This document shows, one piece after another, positions 16,877 to 25,556 of a stretch of DNA of 36,130 nucleotides. The notes under the pieces are model-generated. The model worked only from the letters and a program-made list of their open reading frames with translations. It was not told where the DNA came from and searched no databases. The position numbers and the translations under genes were made by a program. Source of the stretch: a virus (lineage: Duplodnaviria > Caudoviricetes); IMG/VR virus record IMGVR_UViG_3300032281_001053, positions 1 to 36,130 of that record, one strand, 5' to 3'. How positions within the stretch are numbered: the stretch's first letter is position 1; every line of letters starts with the position of its first letter.

Positions 16877-17115
16877 GGCGCATCCGGGACGAGATCCAGC
16901 GCAAGGTTCAGCAGCCCACAAGCGAATGGAAAACCGCGGTCCAGTGGGGCAAAGAATGGGGGCTTGCGAGGGCTCAAACCAATCAAATGCTGACCTCGGC
17001 GGTCAAGAACGGCATCATGGAGTTTCAGACATTTCGGATTCCGATGCCAACCCGCGCATCTTACCCAGTGCCACACTACCGCCAAAAGCCCAACCCAAAG
17101 CCTGAAACCGCGTGA
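16855..17115 (+). CDS. Hypothetical protein, possible winged HTH
   Basis: 86 aa, TAVQWGKEWGLARAQTNQML..G helix-turn-helix-like segment. Confidence 0.7.
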   Translation: MESAELLRRIRDEIQRKVQQPTSEWKTAVQWGKEWGLARAQTNQMLTSAVKNGIMEFQTFRIPMPTRASYPVPHYRQKPNPKPETA

Positions 17116-17157
17116 CAATTCGCAAGTCTTGGCTCGCACTACCTCCAAGAGAATAGT

Positions 17158-18480
17158 ATGGGAACACCACTCACAGGCAGTACCGTCGCCAGCACCTACA
17201 CTGGCCTGCTGAAGACCGCCGATAACGCCACGCTGACAGGTGTTCTCAGAACACTCAGCGACGGCAGCGGAAACGATTCGGCGCTCCAAGTCTCCACCAC
17301 CGCGCTCAACTCCACCGGAGACTTCAGCGTCGCAACCAGCCGCTTCACGGTCGCTTCCGCCAGCGGCAACACGGCTGTGGCCGGCACCCTCAACGTCACC
17401 GGTGCCACTTCTCTCAGCTCCCTCACGACCAGCGGCAACGCCACCATCGGCGGAACCCTCGGAATCACCGGTGGACTCACGATCCCCGGCACCCTGTCAG
17501 TCACCGGCATCTCCACGCTCACCGGAGCGGTTGGCATGGGCAGCACCCTCAACGTCACCGGAGCCTCCACATTGGCCAGCCTTGGTGTCACCGGCGCTGC
17601 TACGGTCGGAACCACGCTGGGTGTCACCGGACTCTCTACGCTCGCGAGCCTCGCAGTCACCGGTGCCTCTACGCTCAATAGCCTCGCGGTTACCAATGCG
17701 GCTACGATCGGCACCACGCTCGGTGTGACCGGATTGTCCACCCTGGCGAGTCTGTCGGTGACGGGGGCTGCTACCGTGGGATCTACGCTCGATGTCACCG
17801 GTAACACTACGCTCACCGGAGACCTCACTGCCAACGGAAACACCACGCTTGGAAACGCCGGCACCGATACGCTGACGCTCAACTCGGACAACATCACGGC
17901 TCCCAACATCTCAACTGTTACGGTTGATTTGACAAATGATAAGGTGTTGATCTCCGATGCAAGCGATTCAAACAAGGTTAAGGTTGTTACTGTTGGATCA
18001 ATAGGAATCAATGCTACAAACGCTCCTCAGTGCGTTCAACAAGTATCCGATGATCGAATCACATATACCGGTGGGCTTACTGCTCCTGGAACGGAAATCG
18101 CAACTGTAACAAAAACAATAACTCCAAGATCTACTGGATCAAAAGTTTTAGTAAGCATAGTTCTTAACTATTCGTGCGTTACCAATACGTCTCAATTTGT
18201 TTTGTTTAGGCTTACTAGAAATGGAACTGAGATTGGAACTTCTGTTGGAGCAGGTCAAAAAGGTATAGCTTCAGGAAGCTATGAAGATGGTGAAGTTAAC
18301 GCGGTTAACAACACTAAGATTGAATTCTTTGATTCCCCTAATAGCTCAAGTGCTGTTACTTATAAGATTAACGTTTTCAGTCCTCTTGGCGCAACAAACC
18401 TGTATTTAAACTATGCAATAAATGGTGGGACTAGTTTTACAACAATCTCCACAATGACCTTGCAAGAGTTCTTCGCATGA
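17158..18480 (+). CDS. Tail fibre protein 2 with beta-repeat shaft
   Basis: Many (L/V)xVTGxxT repeats; C-terminal ITPRSTGSKVLV..DSP..AVTYK..STMTLQE head domain. Confidence 0.85.
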   Translation: MGTPLTGSTVASTYTGLLKTADNATLTGVLRTLSDGSGNDSALQVSTTALNSTGDFSVATSRFTVASASGNTAVAGTLNVTGATSLSSLTTSGNATIGGTLGITGGLTIPGTLSVTGISTLTGAVGMGSTLNVTGASTLASLGVTGAATVGTTLGVTGLSTLASLAVTGASTLNSLAVTNAATIGTTLGVTGLSTLASLSVTGAATVGSTLDVTGNTTLTGDLTANGNTTLGNAGTDTLTLNSDNITAPNISTVTVDLTNDKVLISDASDSNKVKVVTVGSIGINATNAPQCVQQVSDDRITYTGGLTAPGTEIATVTKTITPRSTGSKVLVSIVLNYSCVTNTSQFVLFRLTRNGTEIGTSVGAGQKGIASGSYEDGEVNAVNNTKIEFFDSPNSSSAVTYKINVFSPLGATNLYLNYAINGGTSFTTISTMTLQEFFA

Positions 18481-19238
18481 AACCCTCCGAAGTAGCCCAA
18501 GCGGCCTGCGACAAGCTCTCGTTCACGGACTCGGCCACCCTCACGTTGGCCAAGAAGTTCTGCATCCGCCGCTACTCAATGATCTGGGACTCGTGCCTCT
18601 GGAACGATACCCTCGGAGTCGTCTCCACCCCGGTCACCAACGGCCAAGAACTCGTCACCATCTCCGATTACGTCACCGCCACGTACACTTCCGGGACCGG
18701 TTACAACATGTTCCTCGACTTCCCGGTCGCATCCCGTTTCACGGTCTCCGGTGATACCGATGGCATCGAAGTACCAGCCGCCGAATGGGTCTCGTTCTTC
18801 CAGCTCGATCCCAACACTTGGAACAACGTCGATAGCCGCAAGTCCACACCCGGCAACTTTGTCAACTGGGCTCGCGTCCTCGGTGTCTCCTACGGTGAAG
18901 CCGGTGTCCCGCGCATCAAGCTCATCCCGACACCCAATACCAACGGCACCCTCTTCATCCTGGGCAAGAAACAGTCCCAGATGCGCCAGTTCGGCGAAGC
19001 CCAGACCATCTCGAACGATACCAACTTCGAGTTGCGCGGCGTCGAGAACGCACTGATGGCCTACACAGAAGGCGATCTCCTCGAATACTCTCGTCAGTAC
19101 GGCAAGGCGCAGGCCAAGTTCCAAGAGGGCGCTGCTCAGGTCTCCATTATGAAAGACATGGAGCGTGGCCAGCAGCAGCAGATCAGCCGCATCATCCCGG
19201 ATAGCCTCTACGATTACACGTTCCAGGACATCCTCTAA
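18477..19238 (+). CDS. Head-tail adaptor / tail tubular protein A-like
   Basis: 253 aa, IKLIPTP motif, position before the nozzle gene. Confidence 0.7.
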   Translation: MKPSEVAQAACDKLSFTDSATLTLAKKFCIRRYSMIWDSCLWNDTLGVVSTPVTNGQELVTISDYVTATYTSGTGYNMFLDFPVASRFTVSGDTDGIEVPAAEWVSFFQLDPNTWNNVDSRKSTPGNFVNWARVLGVSYGEAGVPRIKLIPTPNTNGTLFILGKKQSQMRQFGEAQTISNDTNFELRGVENALMAYTEGDLLEYSRQYGKAQAKFQEGAAQVSIMKDMERGQQQQISRIIPDSLYDYTFQDIL

Positions 19239-21196
19239 TGCCTTTCCAATCCTCAGACGCGCTCGATGACCAGATGCTTCTGGATGGAAGCACTGGCTTC
19301 TCCACCGGGGTCATCTCCGCCACTCGTCCCGATGCCATTCCTGCCACCAGCATGGAAGAGGCAATCAACATGGACTATGACGACTTCGGCAACCTCGTCA
19401 CACGCCTCGGGACCCTGTCGCTGACCGGCAACAGCGAATCGCGCAACTGGGAAGACATCATCACCAACTGGGAGTCCACCACTTCCAACTTTGCCAGTAA
19501 CCTGCCCACCAACTCGCAGGTCTTCTCTGGCTTCTATTTCGATACCGCGGCTTCCGAGCGCCTCGTCATCGCGGTTCTCAATCGGAACACCGGTGCCAAG
19601 AGCCTCTACTACGGATCACCCGGAGTTTCGTACAATTCGATCGCAAGCTCGACGATCAACGACGCTTCGCAGTTCGTCTATTTCGCACAGCTCAACGACA
19701 AGCTCTTCTACGCGGACGGCTATAGCGCACTGCGTTATGTCACGAGCACGAACACGAACTCCGCGATCACTGCCGGCAAGATCAGCCGCATCGATGTGAT
19801 CAGGCAGGGTTCAAATCACAACTCGATTCCCACGATCACCATATCGGCTCCGCCAAGCGGTGTAACCGCTACGGCCACCGCCATTGTGGCCAATGATGGC
19901 AACCTAGTTGCGATTACCATCACGGACCCCGGCAGCGGCTATACGACCGCTCCAACGATTACTATTTCTCCTGCCGCCTCGTCCCACGCGGTCGCATTCG
20001 TATCACTCGCCGCTCCCGACAAGCCGCTCTATCTCACCACCCACACCAACCGTCTGTGGGCCGTGTCCGCGGATACCAGCATCCAGCCCGATACCCTCTA
20101 TTTCTCGGACATCCTCGATGGCGAGTCGTGGGATCCGCTCGGTTCCATTCGTGTCGGTGGCGATGGCGATCCAATCCGCGGGCTCTACTCGTGGTTCGGT
20201 TACAAGCTCCTCGTATTCAAGGAACGCTCAATTTGGAGCGTAGATGCCGATCCTACGCAGGATCCAGCCGATTGGGTCATCTCGATCGTCTCTGGCAACA
20301 TCGGCTGCTCCTCGCACCGTTCGATCACCGCGGTCGGTGCCGATGTATTCTTCCTGTCCCGCGACGGCATCCGCTCGATGGCCCAGATCCAAGCGGGTAC
20401 CCAGACCAGCGTTGGCCTCGCGCTCAGCAGCCCGATCAACGACCTGATCAGCCGCATCGATAAGACCAAGCTGGAATACTGCGACGGCGTGTTCTGGAAC
20501 AACCGCTACCTCTTGGCCGTTCCGTTCGTTACCGCTGGTCCGTTCTCCATCGGGTTGGAAAGCGAAGAGGCACTTCTACTCGAATCCGGTGCCACGATTG
20601 AACTCGAAGGAACCTTCAACCAGAACAACGCGGTCATCGTCTACCACTCACTGGCCCGCTCGTGGCTCGGTTACTGGGACAACTGGCAGGTCAACGACTT
20701 CATCCCAACCGCCTTCTCGAACTTCGGCCCAGTGCTCATGTTCGCCGGCGACATCATCTCGCTCAGTGAAGGTGCAGGCCAAGTCTGGTCGTTCAACGAC
20801 TACCTGCCCAACACCCGCCTGAGCCCCGTGCAGCAGTCGGCTTACCTCGACGGCGGTAGCACCTACCAATCCACGGTCATCACCAAGGCGTACAATCTCG
20901 GTGAACCCATTCCGGACAAGATCGGATACAGCATCCAGATCGCGCTTGATAATCCGTACGCTTCGAGCATCGGCGCATCGCTCTCATACGCCACAAACAT
21001 GAGCGGGACGTTCACCTCGATTGATCCAGCGATCAGCATCCCGAGCACCCAGAAGTTCCTGGCGGCTTACAACCTCATCAGCCGAGGGCGTTGGAACAAC
21101 ATCCAGTTCAAGATCAACACGACCAGCGGAAGCCGGTTGAGCTTGCAATCCACCATCCTTTCTGGATTCGTAGATTCAGTCCGACCTCAGCAATGA
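19238..21196 (+). CDS. Tail nozzle / stabilisation protein (P22 gp10-like beta-propeller)
   Basis: NRLWA, LYFSD, LLVFKERSIW, IGC..SI..VFFLSRDGIRS, LSSPI; contains a GSGYTTAPTIT insertion domain. Confidence 0.8.
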   Translation: MPFQSSDALDDQMLLDGSTGFSTGVISATRPDAIPATSMEEAINMDYDDFGNLVTRLGTLSLTGNSESRNWEDIITNWESTTSNFASNLPTNSQVFSGFYFDTAASERLVIAVLNRNTGAKSLYYGSPGVSYNSIASSTINDASQFVYFAQLNDKLFYADGYSALRYVTSTNTNSAITAGKISRIDVIRQGSNHNSIPTITISAPPSGVTATATAIVANDGNLVAITITDPGSGYTTAPTITISPAASSHAVAFVSLAAPDKPLYLTTHTNRLWAVSADTSIQPDTLYFSDILDGESWDPLGSIRVGGDGDPIRGLYSWFGYKLLVFKERSIWSVDADPTQDPADWVISIVSGNIGCSSHRSITAVGADVFFLSRDGIRSMAQIQAGTQTSVGLALSSPINDLISRIDKTKLEYCDGVFWNNRYLLAVPFVTAGPFSIGLESEEALLLESGATIELEGTFNQNNAVIVYHSLARSWLGYWDNWQVNDFIPTAFSNFGPVLMFAGDIISLSEGAGQVWSFNDYLPNTRLSPVQQSAYLDGGSTYQSTVITKAYNLGEPIPDKIGYSIQIALDNPYASSIGASLSYATNMSGTFTSIDPAISIPSTQKFLAAYNLISRGRWNNIQFKINTTSGSRLSLQSTILSGFVDSVRPQQ

Positions 21197-21555
21197 ACCC
21201 ATTTCCAACAGTCAAACTGATCCAAACGCTTGAGCAAGAATCTCGGGTCTTGCATGCTGCAAGCCAGGACAATCATGCGAACATCTATCCGAGCCATGTT
21301 GTTGAAAGAAACGGGGAGATCATCGGAGCGGCGTCCATCGCAAGGATCCCGCTTTTGCTGATCTGGAGCCACAGCTCCAAGGTTTCAGCAAGGGACAGCA
21401 TGCACCTAAAACGAGTTTACGATTCAATAATGGAAACAAAGGGTTATCCAAAATACTTCGTAGCTTGTGACGAAACAAGCCCATATAACTCTTATATGGA
21501 TAAGTTTGGGTGCGATAAGGTTTGTAAAACACAGATTTTCTTAGGTGGTGTATGA
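21193..21555 (+). CDS. GNAT-like small protein (P22 gp14 / T7 gp13 position)
   Basis: VVERNGEIIGAASI, YMDKFG; sits between the nozzle and ejection genes. Confidence 0.6.
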   Translation: MNPFPTVKLIQTLEQESRVLHAASQDNHANIYPSHVVERNGEIIGAASIARIPLLLIWSHSSKVSARDSMHLKRVYDSIMETKGYPKYFVACDETSPYNSYMDKFGCDKVCKTQIFLGGV

Positions 21556-23015
21556 ATATTGATTTTAATATATCAAGAGTGCTGGCGCATAGCGTAATGC
21601 TGTTCGCCAAAGACGATTGGGCTAAAGACTATTCGTGCATCCCTTGGGGAGAGCCACAGATGTGCTTTGGTAGCTACAAAGCGCCAGACATTGCAGCGGC
21701 CAATCGAGAGGCTGTTATGGCCGCGATCGAGACGTTTCCGCTCCAGCGGGAAATCGAAGCTGCGTCGAGGATCGGAACTGAAGGAAGCATCACCACTCCT
21801 ACAGGCAAAGTCATACCTTATGATTTTACCAAGACTTCCGATATCGCTCAGACTAGGGCTCTTGGCCAAGCATTGGCCGACCTTGCTCCTATTCAGGCGC
21901 AGCGTCAGTTGGAGGCCGCTCAGAAGTACGGCACCCAGTTCGCACAACAGCGCCGAGCCGAGCTTCAAGCTCTTGATCCCGAACGGTATGGCACTGCCAC
22001 CCAGCCTGGTCTTTACGCCCAATTCCTGAGCGACATCGGTAAAGCACCGATCTCTGAGACTTCTCCCACCGCTCCCACCTACGAGCGCGTGGGCATGCCT
22101 ACTGGCCCACAGGATACCGGATACGCTCAGTCCATCCGCAGCGACCTCGAACGCCAAATCGGAGCCGGCCTTGCTCAGGCTGGCACTCTCGATCCCACGA
22201 TGATCCGCGCTGCCGAGCAAGCCGCTCGCGCCCGCGGAACCGCTACCGGCAACATCCTCGGCAACCTCTCCGCTTTCCGCGAGGCCCGCGCCGTCAACGA
22301 GGCGATCGCCAACGCGGATGTGCAGCGCCGGCAGCAGGCTCTTGGTCTACTCCAAAGCGGCCAGACCACGAGCGATGTCGCCAACCGTCAGGCTCAGGAG
22401 GCGTTCAACAACATCCTCGCAGCCACCGGTCAGCGGAATACCGCGATGCAGCAGAGCTTTGCGGGCCAGATGGCCGCTCAGCAGCAGCAGCAGGCCGGTC
22501 GCCAGCAGAACATCGCCAACATCCAGTCCGCCCTGGGACTCCAGCCGATTGTCTCGCAAGCTGCACAGCTCGGAGGTCTTCAGCAGGGCGCTTCGCCGTT
22601 TGCTGCTCCTCAGCTCATGCAGGGAATGCAGCAGGCGGGTCCGGGTCAGTTGCTCCAGACCGGTGCGAACTTTGCGCTCTCAAACGCTCAGAACGCGTTC
22701 GCTGCCTCGCAGGCTGGTTCTCCTCTGAACATCATTCAGGGCATCACCGGTGGTCTTCAGAACCTCGGTTCCGCTTACGGAAGCCAAGGATTCAATCTGG
22801 CCGGACCCGGCTGCTACGTGGCCCGCGAGTGCATCCCCGATCAGTGGGAGGCGTTCTACTTCTGGAAGGAACTTGTCGGTCCCAAGTGGTTCAAGAGCTT
22901 CTACGACAGCAATGCCGAGAAGTTCGCCAAGTGGCTCAAGGACAAGCCGAAGACCAAGAAGCTCGTGGCCAACTGGATGCTCGGTCGAATCAAGAGCTTG
23001 GTGCCTAAGGCTTGA
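21552..23015 (+). CDS. DNA ejection / pilot protein with C-terminal Cys-initiated domain
   Basis: Q/A/G-rich helical body; MCFG at residue 37; C-terminal GCYVARE..PKWFKSFY..KPKTK domain. Confidence 0.75.
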   Translation: MNIDFNISRVLAHSVMLFAKDDWAKDYSCIPWGEPQMCFGSYKAPDIAAANREAVMAAIETFPLQREIEAASRIGTEGSITTPTGKVIPYDFTKTSDIAQTRALGQALADLAPIQAQRQLEAAQKYGTQFAQQRRAELQALDPERYGTATQPGLYAQFLSDIGKAPISETSPTAPTYERVGMPTGPQDTGYAQSIRSDLERQIGAGLAQAGTLDPTMIRAAEQAARARGTATGNILGNLSAFREARAVNEAIANADVQRRQQALGLLQSGQTTSDVANRQAQEAFNNILAATGQRNTAMQQSFAGQMAAQQQQQAGRQQNIANIQSALGLQPIVSQAAQLGGLQQGASPFAAPQLMQGMQQAGPGQLLQTGANFALSNAQNAFAASQAGSPLNIIQGITGGLQNLGSAYGSQGFNLAGPGCYVARECIPDQWEAFYFWKELVGPKWFKSFYDSNAEKFAKWLKDKPKTKKLVANWMLGRIKSLVPKA

Positions 23016-23018
23016 TCT

Positions 23019-24077
23019 ATGGCAAACGATACCGGATCAAACTATTTCTTTATACCGGGAGGAGAAGCACCTGCTCCCCCGGTCGCACCACCTCCTGTTA
23101 CGGAACCGGTATCTCCGTTTGAGAGGTACCTTATGGCTCTGGAGAATCTTCAAGCTCCCGTTGAATTTACACCCAGTTCATATCAGGAACCTTCTGCTCC
23201 AGCGTTTACGCCGATGGTGGCTCCTGCGGCTGTACGGGTATCTCCAGCCAGTAAGTTTGGGCCTGTGACTCCCTCCGGATACGCCCAGCCTCCGGTCGAT
23301 CCGCTGAGCTACTACTCGCCTCCTGAACCGCCTCCTGAACCGACTCCGTACACAGGTGGTCCCACAAGGTGGTGGGAAATCAATCTTCCCGCTTTGGATC
23401 TGAGCAATATCCAGACGTTTACTCCGGTTTCATCGCCTGATCCTGAGCCAACCTCGCCTCCTGTATCTCAGCAACCAACCTACAGCAGCGAGGGAGAAGA
23501 CTCTGGAACCAGCCTGATAACCGATGAAAACAGGGAAAGGTACATCAGGGAAGGCGGGATGAATCTTCAGGGACCATCGGAACCCACTCCGGTGAATCCT
23601 CTTCCTGAGACATCTCTCCCAAAGGTGGAAGATGTTAATACCAACATTTTCTCAGGCGTTGTCACAAACCCCGTCCAAGGAGGCGAGAAGCCTTACTACA
23701 TAGAGGACACTGGTGTTGCCGGCCCCGCTATAGAGAGCAAGCCTATCACTCCAGGGTTGATCCCGTTGGATAAACCTCAATTCACCTTACAGCCCACAAC
23801 CAGTTTTCCGTCAACGACCACTCGCAACCCGATCGTCCTCCCCGGCACCTCGGTGTTCAGCAGGCCAGTTACCACAACCGCTCTGCCAGAACTTCCGGTC
23901 AACCCCGTTCCGGTCAACCCCGTTCCGGTCAACCCCGAGCTGACTCGCAACATGGAGACCATGCCGGGCCGGTACTTCCGCGATATCAACTACGATCCCG
24001 AGGAAATCCTCGCCGCGGCGATGCGAAGCATGGGCGGTCGCATGGCCCGCCGGTCCATCCTCAACGAACTCAGCTAA
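23019..24077 (+). CDS. Pro/Ser/Thr-rich low-complexity protein
   Basis: 352-aa ORF within the ejection gene block. Confidence 0.7.
   Translation: MANDTGSNYFFIPGGEAPAPPVAPPPVTEPVSPFERYLMALENLQAPVEFTPSSYQEPSAPAFTPMVAPAAVRVSPASKFGPVTPSGYAQPPVDPLSYYSPPEPPPEPTPYTGGPTRWWEINLPALDLSNIQTFTPVSSPDPEPTSPPVSQQPTYSSEGEDSGTSLITDENRERYIREGGMNLQGPSEPTPVNPLPETSLPKVEDVNTNIFSGVVTNPVQGGEKPYYIEDTGVAGPAIESKPITPGLIPLDKPQFTLQPTTSFPSTTTRNPIVLPGTSVFSRPVTTTALPELPVNPVPVNPVPVNPELTRNMETMPGRYFRDINYDPEEILAAAMRSMGGRMARRSILNELS
23893..23937 (+). repeat. In-frame 15-bp tandem repeat x3 (PVNPV)
   Basis: TTCCGGTCAACCCCG x3, perfect; also CGCCTCCTGAAC x2 at 23317-23340. Confidence 0.95.
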
Positions 24078-24083
24078 CGATCT

Positions 24084-25547
24084 ATGGCTACACCCATCAA
24101 TCTCGAAGCCGCTGCTTCCCAGCGCATCAATCCGTTCCTCAAGGGCCTGACCATGTTGACCGGAGGTTTGGCCGGCGAGTTCACTGGCACCAACGAGCAG
24201 ATCCGTGAGCGTAACAAGGCCCGTCAGGCGCTGCTTCAGGAAGAGCTGAACAAGCGTGATGAGCAACGGATGCTTGAGCGCCAGTTGATGGTAAACGCGC
24301 TTCAGCAGGGAATCGCTGCTCCAGAGGGAGCTACGCTTGAAGAAAAAATGGCCGACTTCAATCGTAAGAAGATCCGGCGAGATGTGGCAGCCGGAGAAGG
24401 CCGTGTGTTCGGGTACGGACAGACCATGGGTCCGTCCCAATATCAGGCGGAACCTGCGTTCCAAGTTGCCGCCGCGGAATCTCAGGCAGCGGCTGCTAGC
24501 CGTCTTGGTGAAATTACACAAAGAAGGGATATAGCTGCCGAGGAAAACCGTCAGTTCCTGATGGGTCGTGGTGTTCCCATTCCTGAAAACGCCACGGCTG
24601 GCCAACTTGAAGCTCTTCGACGCACTGAAGATATCAAGATGCAGTCGGCTATTCCGTTTGAGCAACGTGGAGAAGTCGCCAAAGCAGGATTGAGAAGACT
24701 GCAAGCCGCAGGTGCTTATCCGTCACCGATGGATGTTTCCAAGATGACGGCTGCTCAGGCTATTGCGGAAGAAGAGCCTGCTTCCAAGCAGTATGCCGAG
24801 AGTCAGCGCGTGTTTGCGTTTCAGAAGCGTGAGCAGGCTGAACAAAACGCTGTTCGTGGATTCATGCAGGAAGCTGCCAAAGAAGCTCCTGATCAGGCTA
24901 AATTGCAGGACTTGTTCTATGGTCTTCCTGTTGATGCCCAAAAGGATGCCCGTAATCGCCAAGTTGCAGGGGTTACAAGCGTTGCAACTCCTAAAGAGCG
25001 TGAACAGCTCACCAAGTATTCTGGCCTACTTTCAAGGGCTCAGACACTTGCTGGAAATATCTCTGAGTTGGCCAAGAGCGAGGATCTTTCTAAGGTCTCT
25101 CAGCAGAACTTCAATGGATTCACGAGCTGGTTTCGTGGTATTCAGAACAAGTATGGCTCCGAGGATCCAAGGGTTGCTCTGCTTAACGACGTTGTTCAGC
25201 AGTTTGAGCAAGTTGTCGCCGGCACTCGCAAAGACCTGTTTGGCGCTTCGCTCACTGGAAACGAGTTGGTATCAGCACGTTCTCAGTTCGGTGATCCAAA
25301 CTCCGCAAACTTCCTTCCTCGAATGATCACGTTCTTGGATAGCGTGTTCAGCCGAGATGTTGTGCAAGAGGACTTCAAGGACTTCGGGATCCAAGTTCCT
25401 GAAGCTCTTGAGAAGCGAACCCAAGACGCTCGTAATAACTGGCTCAAGGCTCGTGAGAACTTCAATTTTGGTGGAAAGAAACAAGGACTCAGTGCCGACA
25501 AGGAAGCTCGTCTTCGAGAACTCCGCGCTAAGAAGAACGCTCAATAA
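24084..25547 (+). CDS. Putative DNA ejection protein
   Basis: 487 aa helical, Q/A/E-rich; GASLTGNE motif; position. Confidence 0.7.
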   Translation: MATPINLEAAASQRINPFLKGLTMLTGGLAGEFTGTNEQIRERNKARQALLQEELNKRDEQRMLERQLMVNALQQGIAAPEGATLEEKMADFNRKKIRRDVAAGEGRVFGYGQTMGPSQYQAEPAFQVAAAESQAAAASRLGEITQRRDIAAEENRQFLMGRGVPIPENATAGQLEALRRTEDIKMQSAIPFEQRGEVAKAGLRRLQAAGAYPSPMDVSKMTAAQAIAEEEPASKQYAESQRVFAFQKREQAEQNAVRGFMQEAAKEAPDQAKLQDLFYGLPVDAQKDARNRQVAGVTSVATPKEREQLTKYSGLLSRAQTLAGNISELAKSEDLSKVSQQNFNGFTSWFRGIQNKYGSEDPRVALLNDVVQQFEQVVAGTRKDLFGASLTGNELVSARSQFGDPNSANFLPRMITFLDSVFSRDVVQEDFKDFGIQVPEALEKRTQDARNNWLKARENFNFGGKKQGLSADKEARLRELRAKKNAQ

Positions 25548-25556
25548 AATCATCTT

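Noticed and set aside
13801-18480. Diversity-generating retroelement acting on the fibre tips
   Set aside because: No reverse transcriptase and no TR/VR pair differing only at adenines; the 14681/14929 paralogs differ at all base types
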